A program made the translations under genes and the position numbers. 49,296 nucleotides of DNA from a bacterium (GTDB taxonomy: Bacteria; Bacillota; Negativicutes; Veillonellales; Dialisteraceae). The notes under the pieces were generated by a model. The model was not told the origin of the DNA and ran no database searches. It saw only the letters and a program-made list of their open reading frames with translations. Position 1 is the stretch's first letter. Every line of letters begins with the position of its first letter. Shown piece after piece: positions 39,099 through 49,031 of this stretch. Location of the stretch: positions 1-49,296 of the forward strand of contig CAVHZP010000001.1 of NCBI GenBank assembly GCA_963640485.1, given 5' to 3'.

Positions 39099-39848
39099 AT
39101 GGATGTATTGGAAGTGAAAAATATCTCCGTCAGCTTTTCTCACGGCCTTATTTTTAAAGAAAAGCGGGAAGTGCTTCACCATATTTCCTTTGCCGTGCAA
39201 GAAGGGGAGCTCCTGGGGCTGGCGGGTACCAGCGGCGCCGGAAAATCTACCCTCTCCCGCGTCCTTATGGGGCTTCGGCAACCCGATGAAGGGGATGTGC
39301 TGCTAGACGGGATCTCTCTTCTCGGCGCAAAAGGGAGAGGTGCGCGGCATCAGGTGCAGATGCTTTTTCAAAATCCCGCAGCGGCGTTGCATCCCCGCAT
39401 GACCATCGGTGAATCCATGAAAGAACCCTTCCGTCTCCATGGTGGTTATAGCAGGGAGAAAATTGAGGAAATATGGGAGGACCTGCAGTTGCGGAAAGAG
39501 CTTTGGACCCGCTACCCCTCCCAACTTTCCGGCGGCGAACTGCAGCGGGTGTGCCTCGGTCGGCTTCTCCTTTTAAAGCCGCGGCTGCTACTCCTGGACG
39601 AGCCCACGTCCATGCTGGACGTCTCCGTGCAGGCACAAGTGATTTCCATCCTGCAGAGGCTTCGGGAAAAACACCCCATGGCTTGTCTCTTCATTTCTCA
39701 TGACCTGGACCTCCTGCGCGCTGTGTCCGACCGCATCGGCATCCTGGAAAGTGGCCGTCTCATAGAAATCGCAGAGACCGAAGAACTCTATCGCCATCCG
39801 AAGGAGAAATATACAAAGGAACTGCTGCGGGCGTTTGAGGAATTTTAG
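39099..39848 (+). CDS. ABC ATPase (NikE/DppF-like)
   Basis: GTSGAGKST, YPSQLSGGELQR, LDEPTSMLDVSVQAQ, ISHDL. Confidence 0.93.
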   Translation: MDVLEVKNISVSFSHGLIFKEKREVLHHISFAVQEGELLGLAGTSGAGKSTLSRVLMGLRQPDEGDVLLDGISLLGAKGRGARHQVQMLFQNPAAALHPRMTIGESMKEPFRLHGGYSREKIEEIWEDLQLRKELWTRYPSQLSGGELQRVCLGRLLLLKPRLLLLDEPTSMLDVSVQAQVISILQRLREKHPMACLFISHDLDLLRAVSDRIGILESGRLIEIAETEELYRHPKEKYTKELLRAFEEF

Positions 39849-39853
39849 GTTTT

Positions 39854-39973
39854 GCCGCTATTGGTTTAGTGATCAGTGATCAGTAGTCGGTGGGCAGTGG
39901 TCGGTAATGGGGCAAGAGCCAAATGCGCCCTGATTACCGATCACTGACTACTGATTACTAAATCGATAGCGGT
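39854..39973. repeat. Heptamer-arm foldback element, copy E9 (compact, at the right edge of the cassette)
   Basis: CCGCTATTGGTTTAG TGATCAG TGATCAG TAGTCGG TGGGCAG TGGTCGG ... CAAATGCGCC CTGATTA CCGATCA CTGACTA CTGATTA CTAAATCGATAGCGG. Confidence 0.88.
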
Positions 39974-40061
39974 ACGCCCTCTCTTTCCTGGAAATATAAC
40001 TATTTCTTGCATAAAAAATCACTTTCCCTTGTGATTCTCTATATAAAATCACCTAAATCGC

Positions 40062-40090
40062 TTGACCAAAACAGCATTGGGCGATATAGT
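40062..40090 (+). promoter_or_regulatory. Putative sigmaA promoter
   Basis: TTGACC-N17-TATAGT. Confidence 0.6.
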
Positions 40091-40130
40091 TAAATACAGT
40101 GGATAATTATGAATTCGAATAGGTGATAAA

Positions 40131-40520
40131 ATGTTTAATTTACCCGAAAAATATGTTGTCATTGATGGCTTCAAAATCCCCGCAGACAAGGGGGAAGAGT
40201 ACAAGCGTCTCCGCGACAGCATGTCCAAAGCAGCTGATAAATTTTTCCATACCTTTTGTGAAGAAGTGAAGAAGGAAAAGCTTTACGACCTTCTGGGTGA
40301 AGGAATTGTGGGCTATTCTTCTACCGGGGAAATGCTTGCCCGTATTTCCTTAGACCCCTTTGAACTGTCTGCCATGAATGTGGCAAAGCAGAGAAAAGCA
40401 CTGGAGAAATACATGCTCGCGACCAATGGCTATGATGAAGAGGATTACCAGCAGCTTCTGAAGGAATTTAACGAACGGAAAGCTGAGCGAAAAGCGAAGA
40501 AAGAGAATAAAGAAAAATAA
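40131..40520 (+). CDS. Hypothetical protein (129 aa)
   Basis: AGGTG RBS, protein-like composition, first gene of an apparent operon with degV/DAK2; no family recognised. Confidence 0.8.
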   Translation: MFNLPEKYVVIDGFKIPADKGEEYKRLRDSMSKAADKFFHTFCEEVKKEKLYDLLGEGIVGYSSTGEMLARISLDPFELSAMNVAKQRKALEKYMLATNGYDEEDYQQLLKEFNERKAERKAKKENKEK

Positions 40521-40542
40521 CAATAGGAAGGAACATACTGCT

Positions 40543-41376
40543 ATGATTCATTTGATCCTGGACAGCACATCCGGCGTCAGCGAGGATTTTTTAAGGGAGC
40601 ATCCCAATGTGCACATGATCCCGCTCACCATTGAAATTGGAGATGAGTATGTGCCCGAAAACAAGGCCACCATCAAGGCGGTCATTGATCGTTCGGAAGC
40701 CACGAAGAAATCCGTTCCCACCAGCCAGCCCAGCACCGGCGATTTTTTGAAAATGTTTGCAGATATCCCGGCAGAAGACCCGATTATCATGTTGTGCATC
40801 TGTGCGACCATCAGCGGCACTTATAATGGGGCTCTTTTGGCTGCCCGCCAGTCCGGCCGCAAGAATATCACCGTGGTGAATACCAAAACCACCGCCATCG
40901 GCATGATTCACCTGGCGCTGGACGGCTTGGAAATGATTGAAAACGGCGCGTCTTATGAAGAAGTATCCAAGGAACTTTTAGAAGCTGCCGAACGCACCGG
41001 ACTTACTGTCACACTGGATACCCTTGACTATCTGCAGCGTGGCGGCCGCATTGGCCGTGCCGCAGGGCTTATCGGCAGCATTCTCAAGATCAAACCGGTC
41101 ATTTATCTCAATGAAAACAATGAAGTCGATGCATTGGCGAAAGTGCGCACCGCAAAGAAAGCCAATCAGACGATGCTGAAATATTTAGAGGAACGGGCGC
41201 CTTTCAAGCGAATTGGCGTCGTTCATATCGAAAATGAAGAGGGCGGAAAAGCTCTCCATGCTTTGGTTCAAGAACAGTATCCGGATATTGAGGTCACTCT
41301 CACCCTGGCTACTCCTGTTTTGTCAGCTTATCTGGGACCGGGGCTTACAGGAGTCATTTTTGAATGTGCCAAATAG
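40543..41376 (+). CDS. DegV-family fatty acid-binding protein (FakB)
   Basis: ILDSTS, PTSQPS, ISGTYN, TLDYLQRGGRIG, LKIKPVI, LGPG. Confidence 0.93.
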   Translation: MIHLILDSTSGVSEDFLREHPNVHMIPLTIEIGDEYVPENKATIKAVIDRSEATKKSVPTSQPSTGDFLKMFADIPAEDPIIMLCICATISGTYNGALLAARQSGRKNITVVNTKTTAIGMIHLALDGLEMIENGASYEEVSKELLEAAERTGLTVTLDTLDYLQRGGRIGRAAGLIGSILKIKPVIYLNENNEVDALAKVRTAKKANQTMLKYLEERAPFKRIGVVHIENEEGGKALHALVQEQYPDIEVTLTLATPVLSAYLGPGLTGVIFECAK

Positions 41377-41391
41377 TGGGGGGAGAGAACA

Positions 41392-42993
41392 ATGTATACG
41401 GTCATTGATGGGAATTATTTCAAGAATATGCTGATCGGAGCGTACCAGCTATTTGAGAAGAAATATGAAATTATCAACCAGCTGAATGTATTTCCTGTGC
41501 CTGACGGAGATACAGGAAATAATATGCTGAACACGTTGAAATCTATGTACAGCATGATAGCCGATGTAAGCCCCGAAGAACCGGTGGGCATCATCGCAGA
41601 GAAAGCCTCTGCCGGTGCCATCATGGGTGCTCGCGGAAATTCCGGCGTCATTCTGTCGCAGATTATTCACGGCATCAGCCGCGGCCTTCACGGCAAGAAG
41701 ACCGCTTCCTGCGGCCAGATGAGCAAAGCTTTCCAGTACGGCATCCTCTATGCGTACCGCGCTGTTACCAAACCGGTGGAAGGCACCATTCTTTCTGTCG
41801 CTAGAGGCATTGCCAAAGGCACCCACGATGTGTACAAGAGTGAAACCGATTTCAGCAAAATTCTGGAAGCATCCATTGATTCCGGCAACGAAGCGCTGGC
41901 GAAAACGCCGGAGCAGCTGCAGATTCTGAAAGATGCAAATGTAGTCGATGCCGGCGGTCAGGGGCTGATTTTCTTCCTCATGGGTTGCCTGAACGGCCTC
42001 ACCGGGAAAGTGGAAGATATCGAAGTCGATGTGAAACCGGTGATTAGCCGCCTGGAAGCCAAAGGCGAATCCTTCTCCATCGAATATCCCTACTGCACCG
42101 AATTCATCATCAGCCCATGCAAAGTGGAAGCCAGAGAAGTGAGAAAGAAACTTTCCTCCTGGGGCGAATCCATGATCGTAGCAGCCGGCGATAACCTGGT
42201 AAAAGTACATATTCACGCCCAGCGCCCGGGCCACGTGCTCGATATGGCGGCAGACTGGGGCACACTCCACGATATCAAATGCGATAACATGGTGGACCAG
42301 TTCCATAAAAATAAAGAAAAACAGCAGAAAATGGCGAAGAAACCGCTGGGGATTCTCACCGTCGTATCCGGCGAAGGCTGGACAGAGCTCTTCGAAAAGA
42401 TGGGCTGCGATGTGGTTTCCGGTGGCCAGTCCATGAACCCTTCCGTGCAGGAATTATCTGCCGGCATGGAAAATGGACAGTATGAGAAATACATTATTCT
42501 GCCGAACAACAAAAACATTATCCTCGCCGCTCAGCAGCTGAAAAAGATGCTCGGCGAAAAGGTTCATATCGTGCCGTCTACGAACCCCATGGAAGGACTC
42601 ACGGCTGCTATGGCATTCTCCGCAGAAGCAACCATCGAAGAGAATGTGGAAGCCATGACTGCACAGATGGGCGAAATCAAGACCGGCATGATCACTACCG
42701 CTGTACGCGACAGCATTGTCGGCGAATCGGTGATTCATAAAGATGATTTCATGGGTCTGGTGAAAGGCCATGAAGTGATTTCCCTTTCTGATTTCCACGA
42801 ATGCTTTACCGGCGTCCTCGGACTCCTGGTGGACGAAGATACAGAAATCGTAACCATTTACTACGGCGCTGATCTTTCCGAAGAAGACTGCCGCGCTGAA
42901 TTGGACAAAGCAGAAGAACTCTATCCGGATGTGACCTTCGAAATGTACGAAGGCAGCCAGCCGCTGTATCCGATGTTCATCGCTGCGGAATAA
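41392..42993 (+). CDS. DAK2-domain fatty acid kinase subunit (FakA/YloV-like)
   Basis: INQLNVFPVPDGDTGNNM, GARGNSGVILSQ, KPVEGTILSV, VDAGGQG, YCTEF, KVHIH, GGQSMNPS, LPNNKNI. Confidence 0.95.
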   Translation: MYTVIDGNYFKNMLIGAYQLFEKKYEIINQLNVFPVPDGDTGNNMLNTLKSMYSMIADVSPEEPVGIIAEKASAGAIMGARGNSGVILSQIIHGISRGLHGKKTASCGQMSKAFQYGILYAYRAVTKPVEGTILSVARGIAKGTHDVYKSETDFSKILEASIDSGNEALAKTPEQLQILKDANVVDAGGQGLIFFLMGCLNGLTGKVEDIEVDVKPVISRLEAKGESFSIEYPYCTEFIISPCKVEAREVRKKLSSWGESMIVAAGDNLVKVHIHAQRPGHVLDMAADWGTLHDIKCDNMVDQFHKNKEKQQKMAKKPLGILTVVSGEGWTELFEKMGCDVVSGGQSMNPSVQELSAGMENGQYEKYIILPNNKNIILAAQQLKKMLGEKVHIVPSTNPMEGLTAAMAFSAEATIEENVEAMTAQMGEIKTGMITTAVRDSIVGESVIHKDDFMGLVKGHEVISLSDFHECFTGVLGLLVDEDTEIVTIYYGADLSEEDCRAELDKAEELYPDVTFEMYEGSQPLYPMFIAAE

Positions 42994-42997
42994 TGGG

Positions 42998-43048
42998 CAA
43001 TAAAAAAGAGCCAAATGCGTAAATTCGCATTTGGCTCTTTTTTATTGC
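42998..43048. terminator. Intrinsic (bidirectional) terminator after fakA
   Basis: GCAATAAAAAAGAGCCAAATGCG-loop-CGCATTTGGCTCTTTTTATTGC. Confidence 0.88.
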
Positions 43049-43141
43049 GCTTACTAACAATCGGCTTCAAGCGGCGGCATGAAAACTCTTAACCTAACAG
43101 CATTGCATATAGCGGTGGCACGGGCATGTGGGACTGGTGGA

Positions 43142-43182
43142 AAATGCGTCCTGACTACCGACTACTAAACTACCAGCGGTAA
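43142..43182. repeat. Single reverse heptamer arm (E10) upstream of the argR promoter
   Basis: AAATGCGTC CTGACTA CCGACTA CTAAACTACCAGCGGTAA; reverse complement nearly matches the 30068-30085 terminus. Confidence 0.8.
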
Positions 43183-43234
43183 GTATGCTATATCTTTCAT
43201 TTCGCATATTTCATTATCTTTATACGCAAAAACA

Positions 43235-43263
43235 TTGACCTTATTCATAGAATGATTTAAAAT
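43235..43263 (+). promoter_or_regulatory. Putative sigmaA promoter of argR-recN
   Basis: TTGACC-N17-TAAAAT. Confidence 0.6.
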
Positions 43264-43365
43264 GATTTCAGAAAGTAATCCGAAAGAATGGGACTATTTT
43301 CTTGCGTTTATGCAACTTACAGAATATGCAAAATAGTATTTTTATAAATACAAGGAGGGCTTACC

Positions 43366-43821
43366 ATGAAACGGTATAGAATCATGAAAATCAAAGAAAT
43401 CATCCAGAATCAGGTGATCGAGACGCAGGAGGAATTGGCACAGGCGCTGAAGCAGGAGGGGATCGTGGTGACACAGGCTACGGTTTCCCGTGATATCAAA
43501 GATCTGATGCTTTTGAAGATTCCTTATAAGGATGGACACTATCGCTATGCACTGGCCAATGAGAAGCCTTCGATGCTTTCCAAGAATCATACGGCCATGC
43601 TTTTCCAGCAGTCTGTGATCAAGATCGACAGCGCCATGAATATGGTGGTGCTGCACACCTTGCCGGGGTCGGCGTCGGCGGTGGCTTTTGCCATCGACCA
43701 TGCCCGCAGTGACGAGGTAATCGGCACTTTGGCCGGCGATGATACGGTGCTTATGATTCTTCGTTCGCCGGAGGATGTGCCTGGGGTTTTGAAGAAAATC
43801 CAGGCTATGGTTAAGGACTGA
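43366..43821 (+). CDS. argR: Arginine repressor
   Basis: IETQEEL, VTQATVSRDIKDL, TLPGSA, GTLAGDDT. Confidence 0.97.
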   Translation: MKRYRIMKIKEIIQNQVIETQEELAQALKQEGIVVTQATVSRDIKDLMLLKIPYKDGHYRYALANEKPSMLSKNHTAMLFQQSVIKIDSAMNMVVLHTLPGSASAVAFAIDHARSDEVIGTLAGDDTVLMILRSPEDVPGVLKKIQAMVKD

Positions 43822-43835
43822 AATGAGGGCAGGCT

Positions 43836-45500
43836 ATGCTGCAAAGTCTTCACATCGTTAATTTCGCCATCATCGAGGACACGGTGATTGATTTCACCGG
43901 TGGCGTCACCATTTTCACCGGGGAGACCGGGGCGGGGAAATCGATTCTCATCGACGCTTTGGCTGTCTTGACCGGGCGGAGGGCGAAGACGGATCTGATT
44001 CGTACCGGCGCTGATGCCTTCAAAGTAGAAGGCGTTTTCTACGGCGATGATGGCATCGCTGATGAACTCAAGGGCATGGGCATCGAGTGTGAAGGGCATC
44101 AGGTGATCCTTTCCCGGAAACTCACCCGCTCAGGCCGGGGGATTTGCACCATCAATGGAGATTTCTGCACAGTGAAGCAGCTGCAGCAGGTGGGGAAGAC
44201 GCTTCTTCGTCTCCATGAGCAGAATGACAATATGGAGCTGCTGTCCATTCCTTTCTGCGAGCGCATGGTGGACTCGGGGATGCCGGAGGTGGTGGAAGCC
44301 TACCGGTCGTACCGCGAGTCTTATAAAGAGTGGAAGCGGCTGAAAGATGCGCTGGAGGATTACGAGAACCGGAAGCAGGAGCGGGAACGGCGGCTGGATA
44401 TCCTGGACTGGGAGCTGGGGCAGATTTCTTCGGCAGGTCTCCAGGTGGGCGAGGATGAGGAAATCGAGAAAAAGCTCTCGGTGCTGCAGAATCATGAGCG
44501 CATTTTCCGCGCCGTTCATGGGGCGCTGGATTCACTGACTGCCGATGGCGGACCGCAAGACGCCGTGGGCGAGGCAGCGCGGGAGATTTCCTCCGTGTCC
44601 CGCTATGACAATACGCTGGATGCTTTCGTGGAATCCTTGAACACCGCCGCCTATGCGTTGGAGGATGCCATCAGCGGGCTGGAGTCCTATATTTCAGATA
44701 CCGATTTCTCGGAAGAGGAATTGACGGAGCTGCAGGACCGGGACGAAGTGCTCCGGGAAATGAAGAGGAAATATGGCCCTGAGCTGTCGGACGTGCTTGC
44801 CTACGCGGCGAAGGCGAAGGAAGAGTATGAGACCCTGAAAGAAGTCATCTATGACAATGAGACGCTGCAGCAGAATTATGCGAAGTTGTCGAAAACATTG
44901 ATGGCGAAGGCGGAAGCGCTGAACCAGGAGCGGCGGATTTCTTCGAAGCAAATCCTGGTAAAAGTGGTGGACACGCTGAAAGATATGGGCATGGAAAATG
45001 CGCGGATGGAGCTGCACCTCCTGCCGGCAGACATGCCTATGCCCACGGGGGCGGCGGAAATGGAATTTTATTTCTCTGCGAATCCCGGCGAACCGCTCCG
45101 CAGCATGAAGGACACTGCATCAGGCGGCGAAATTTCCCGTATCGCGCTGGCTATAGAAATGGTGATTTCCCACCTTTTGAAGCAGCAGACTTTGATTTTC
45201 GACGAAATCGACGTGGGCATCAGCGGCAAGGTAGGACTGCAGGTGGCGAAGAAAATCGCGCTCCTGTCTCACACCATTCAGGTGCTCTGCATCACCCACT
45301 TGCCACAGACCGCTTGCGCGGCGGATCGGCATTACAAGATTGTGAAAGATATTTCCGATGGTCGCACCGCCACGAAGGCCGTGCTCCTGGGAGAGAAGGA
45401 ACACCTGGAAAACATCGCCCAAATGATTTCCGGCACCGAGGATTCCAAGAGTGCCTGGGAGTCGGCGGTAGAAATGAAGGAAGCGGTGAAGGGCGGCTAG
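43836..45500 (+). CDS. recN: DNA repair protein RecN
   Basis: NFAII, TGETGAGKSILIDAL, SANPGE, ASGGEISR, IFDEIDVGISG, QVLCITHLPQ. Confidence 0.97.
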   Translation: MLQSLHIVNFAIIEDTVIDFTGGVTIFTGETGAGKSILIDALAVLTGRRAKTDLIRTGADAFKVEGVFYGDDGIADELKGMGIECEGHQVILSRKLTRSGRGICTINGDFCTVKQLQQVGKTLLRLHEQNDNMELLSIPFCERMVDSGMPEVVEAYRSYRESYKEWKRLKDALEDYENRKQERERRLDILDWELGQISSAGLQVGEDEEIEKKLSVLQNHERIFRAVHGALDSLTADGGPQDAVGEAAREISSVSRYDNTLDAFVESLNTAAYALEDAISGLESYISDTDFSEEELTELQDRDEVLREMKRKYGPELSDVLAYAAKAKEEYETLKEVIYDNETLQQNYAKLSKTLMAKAEALNQERRISSKQILVKVVDTLKDMGMENARMELHLLPADMPMPTGAAEMEFYFSANPGEPLRSMKDTASGGEISRIALAIEMVISHLLKQQTLIFDEIDVGISGKVGLQVAKKIALLSHTIQVLCITHLPQTACAADRHYKIVKDISDGRTATKAVLLGEKEHLENIAQMISGTEDSKSAWESAVEMKEAVKGG

Positions 45501-45504
45501 TGGT

Positions 45505-45747
45505 GTATTTGCTAGTGCATACATGCCGATGCAGCTCCTGGCTGCTGGCTGCTAGCTGCTGGTCGGCTAGAGCGACATCTCATCGATGCACAGAGAGCGT
45601 CCCGCAATGAGCAAAAGCAAGAAATTGTTTGCTAATTGTTCATCGCGGGACGCTCTTTTTATGCCATCGATATGTTCGTCTAGCCGGCTAGAAGCCAGCA
45701 GCTAGGAGCTAGAAGCTTCATCTCCATGTATGCACCTGCGGAAATAC
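45505..45747. repeat. Heptamer-arm foldback element, second subfamily, copy E11 (about 240-nt near-continuous hairpin)
   Basis: GTGCATACATG/CATGTATGCAC ends, CAGCTCC TGGCTGC TGGCTGC TAGCTGC arm vs inverted arm, inner AGAGCGTCCCGC/GCGGGACGCTCT stem. Confidence 0.88.
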
Positions 45748-45834
45748 TTAAAATGCATGATTTTTATTTCCAGTCTGTGTTATAATTGACAAGGATTCTC
45801 TGTTATCCCTAATTTCATTTAAGGAAGTGTATCT

Positions 45835-46119
45835 ATGAAAATTACGACTGAAGAAGCTCAGAAGATTGCGCTCCTTTCCCGCCTGGAGTTTGAGGCCGGC
45901 GATCTGGAAAAGATGCGCGATTCCATGAATAGTATTTTGACTTACATGGAAGAACTGAACCAATACGATACGACTGATGTCGCGCCGACGGTACATGCGG
46001 TAGAGCAGTACAATGTCATGCGCGAAGATGCACCACACCAGTCTTTTACCAACGAAGAAGCACTGCTGAATGCGCCGGAAAAAGAAGACGGCTATTTCAA
46101 AGTGCCGAAGATTATGTAA
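45835..46119 (+). CDS. gatC: Asp/Glu-tRNA amidotransferase subunit C
   Basis: IALLSRLE, DTTDVAPT, NVMRED, LLNAPEKEDGYFKVPKI. Confidence 0.96.
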   Translation: MKITTEEAQKIALLSRLEFEAGDLEKMRDSMNSILTYMEELNQYDTTDVAPTVHAVEQYNVMREDAPHQSFTNEEALLNAPEKEDGYFKVPKIM

Positions 46120-46131
46120 GGAGGCGGCAGA

Positions 46132-47589
46132 GTGAAATACACGATTCATGATCTCCATGAACAGCTGGTGAAGAAGGAAATCTCCGCTGTCGAACTGACG
46201 AAGAAAATCATCGCTCATCGCGATAGTGTGGAAGGGGACATTCATGCGTACCTCTCCACTTCTGATGAAACGGCTCTCGCTGTAGCCGCAAAGGTAGATG
46301 CAAAGATTGCTGCGGGGGAAGAAATCTCTGACCTCGCCGGCATTCCGGGCGCTATCAAAGACAATATGTGCATCAAAGGCGAGACTTGCACCGCCGCTTC
46401 GAAGATGCTGGAACACTGGGTATCCCCCTATGATGCTACTGTCATCGAAAAATTGAAGGCAGAAGATTATATTTCCCTGGGCAAGACCAACATGGACGAA
46501 TTTGCCATGGGTTCCTCCACGGAGCGTTCCGCTTTCGGCCCGTCTAGAAATCCTTGGGACACCGACTATGTACCTGGCGGCTCTTCCGGCGGCTCTGCAG
46601 CAGCAGTCGCAGCTACCGAAGCCATCTGGTCTCTGGGTTCCGACACCGGCGGATCCATCCGTCAGCCGGCGTCTTTCAATGGCATCGTAGGTCTGAAACC
46701 GACTTATGGCCTCGTTTCCCGTTACGGCCTTCTGGCATTCTCCTCCTCGCTGGACCAGATCGGACCGTTGGTAAAGGATGTCACCGACGCGGCTATCGTT
46801 CTCAATGCGATCGCTGGCCATGACCCGAAAGATTCCACTTCCATTCCGCAGGAAAAGAAGGACTACAAGAAGGCTCTCGTCCGCGACGTGAAGGGCATGA
46901 AGGTAGGCGTACCGAAGGAATTCTTCGGCAAAGGCATCAAAGAAGAAACCAAAGCAGCTATCGAAGCCGCTTTGAAATTCTATGAATCCGAAGGCGCTGA
47001 AATCGTAGACGTTTCCATTCCGCATATCAATAGCGGCGTCTCTGTGTACTACATCATCGCGCCGGCAGAAGCCAGCTCGAACCTGGCCCGCTATGACGGC
47101 GTAAGCTACGGTTTCCGCGCACCGGGCAAAGATATCATTGATATGTATATCAAAACCAGAAGCCAGGGGTTCGGCGAAGAAGTCAAGCGCCGCATCATGC
47201 TGGGGAACTATGTACTCTCCGCCGGCTACTATGATGCGTACTATCTGAAAGCGCTGAAAGTTCGTACACTGCTGTGCCAGGAATTTGCAGAAGCTTTCAA
47301 GCACTGCGATGTGATCTGTGCGCCGTCCGCATCCGGCACATCCTTCAAATTCGGTGCCTTCTCGGATCCGCTGGCACTCTACATGGAAGATATCTGCACG
47401 GTACCGGTGAACCTCATCGGCGCGCCGTCGATTTCTATCCCCGTAGGCTTCAAAGATGGTATGCCACTGGGCATGCAGCTCATCGGCAAGACCCTGGGCG
47501 AAGAAACCATCCTTCGCGCTGCCTACACCTTCGAACAGGCGCATCCTGAATTTACCAAAACAGCACCCAAAGGAGAGATTAAGGAATGA
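46132..47589 (+). CDS. gatA: Asp/Glu-tRNA amidotransferase subunit A
   Basis: [41 protein letters not shown] amidase signature; GTG start with AGGAGG. Confidence 0.98.
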   Translation: MKYTIHDLHEQLVKKEISAVELTKKIIAHRDSVEGDIHAYLSTSDETALAVAAKVDAKIAAGEEISDLAGIPGAIKDNMCIKGETCTAASKMLEHWVSPYDATVIEKLKAEDYISLGKTNMDEFAMGSSTERSAFGPSRNPWDTDYVPGGSSGGSAAAVAATEAIWSLGSDTGGSIRQPASFNGIVGLKPTYGLVSRYGLLAFSSSLDQIGPLVKDVTDAAIVLNAIAGHDPKDSTSIPQEKKDYKKALVRDVKGMKVGVPKEFFGKGIKEETKAAIEAALKFYESEGAEIVDVSIPHINSGVSVYYIIAPAEASSNLARYDGVSYGFRAPGKDIIDMYIKTRSQGFGEEVKRRIMLGNYVLSAGYYDAYYLKALKVRTLLCQEFAEAFKHCDVICAPSASGTSFKFGAFSDPLALYMEDICTVPVNLIGAPSISIPVGFKDGMPLGMQLIGKTLGEETILRAAYTFEQAHPEFTKTAPKGEIKE

Positions 47590-49031
47590 AATATGAAGTC
47601 GTAATCGGCCTGGAAGTCCATACGGAACTTCAGACAAAAACCAAAATCTTCTGCAACTGCAAGACCTCCTTCGGTGCAGATCCCAATACCAATGTATGCC
47701 CGGTATGCCTCGGCCTTCCGGGAGTTCTTCCGGTATTGAATAAAAAAGTGCTGGAATATGCGGTAAGAGCGGGCCTGGCTCTCAACTGCGAAATTTCCCG
47801 TTTCAGCAAATTTGACCGCAAAAACTATTACTATCCGGACCTGCCGAAAAACTTCCAGACATCCCAGTTTGACCTGCCTATCTGCGAACACGGCTACCTG
47901 GATGTAGAAGTGGACGGCAAAGTGAAGCGCCTCCGCATCACCCGCGCCCACATGGAAGAAGACGCCGGGAAACTGGTACACCACGGCACCTCTATCACCG
48001 ACTCCGACTACTCCCTGGTAGACTACAACCGCACCGGCACGCCACTTCTGGAAATCGTTTCCGAACCGGATATGCGTTCCGCAAAAGAAGCAGTAGCGTA
48101 CATGGAAAAAATGCGCGCTATCCTGCAGTATGTCGGTATTTCTGACTGCCGCATGGAAGAAGGTAGCCTCCGCTGCGATGCCAACGTTTCTGTTCGTCCC
48201 GTAGGCCAGAAGGAACTGGGCACCAAGACGGAAATCAAGAATATCAACTCCTTCAAAGGCGTAGAAAAAGCCATCGAATATGAGGCTATGCGCCAGGCTG
48301 AACTTCTCGAAGAAGGCGGCAAGGTAGTCCAGGAAACCAGAACCTGGGACGAAAAAGAAGGCATCACCAAGTCCATGCGTACCAAGGAAGAAGCGAACGA
48401 CTATCGCTATTTCCCGGAACCGGACCTGGTACCTTTCACTGTTTCCGAAGAATATATCGAAAATATCCGTAAATCCCTGCCGGAACTCCCGGATGCCAGA
48501 AAAGCCAGATACATGGAAGAATTCGGCATCTCCGACTCCGATGCAGTCTTCATGACCAATGATAAGAATACCGCCGACTATTTCGAAGCAGTGGTCGCTG
48601 CCGGCGCTGACCCGAAAGCTACCGTCAACTGGATCATGGGCGAATTTGCGAGCCAGCTTTCCACTGATGGCATCGAAATCGCCAAGGCTCCGGTTTCCGC
48701 AGAAGACCTGGCAGGCCTGCTCCTTTTGATTTCCAAAGGCACCATTTCCGGTAAAATCGCGAAGAAAGTTTTCGCTACCATGTGGAAAGAAGGCGGCAAA
48801 GCGGAAGACATCGTGAAGGCACAGGGCCTCGTACAGATTTCCGATACCGGCGCACTGCAGGCATTGGTAGATAAAGTAGTCTCTGAAAATCCGAAAGCTG
48901 TCGAAGACTTCAAGGCGGGCAAGAAGAAAGCCGTCGGCGCTCTGGTAGGCCAGATCATGAAAGCCACCAAGGGCCAGGCAAACCCGAAAGTCATCAACGA
49001 ACTTTTGAGTAAAACCCTTGCATCCTTATGA
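47586..49031 (+). CDS. gatB: Asp/Glu-tRNA amidotransferase subunit B
   Basis: [51 protein letters not shown]. Confidence 0.98.
   Translation: MKYEVVIGLEVHTELQTKTKIFCNCKTSFGADPNTNVCPVCLGLPGVLPVLNKKVLEYAVRAGLALNCEISRFSKFDRKNYYYPDLPKNFQTSQFDLPICEHGYLDVEVDGKVKRLRITRAHMEEDAGKLVHHGTSITDSDYSLVDYNRTGTPLLEIVSEPDMRSAKEAVAYMEKMRAILQYVGISDCRMEEGSLRCDANVSVRPVGQKELGTKTEIKNINSFKGVEKAIEYEAMRQAELLEEGGKVVQETRTWDEKEGITKSMRTKEEANDYRYFPEPDLVPFTVSEEYIENIRKSLPELPDARKARYMEEFGISDSDAVFMTNDKNTADYFEAVVAAGADPKATVNWIMGEFASQLSTDGIEIAKAPVSAEDLAGLLLLISKGTISGKIAKKVFATMWKEGGKAEDIVKAQGLVQISDTGALQALVDKVVSENPKAVEDFKAGKKKAVGALVGQIMKATKGQANPKVINELLSKTLASL

Noticed and set aside
43241..43335. ARG boxes upstream of argR (TTATTCAT, TTATGCAA, ATATGCAA)
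   Set aside because: Only half-sites; no complete palindromic box could be supported.
45748..47637. 629-aa minus-strand ORF
   Set aside because: Shadow of gatC/gatA.
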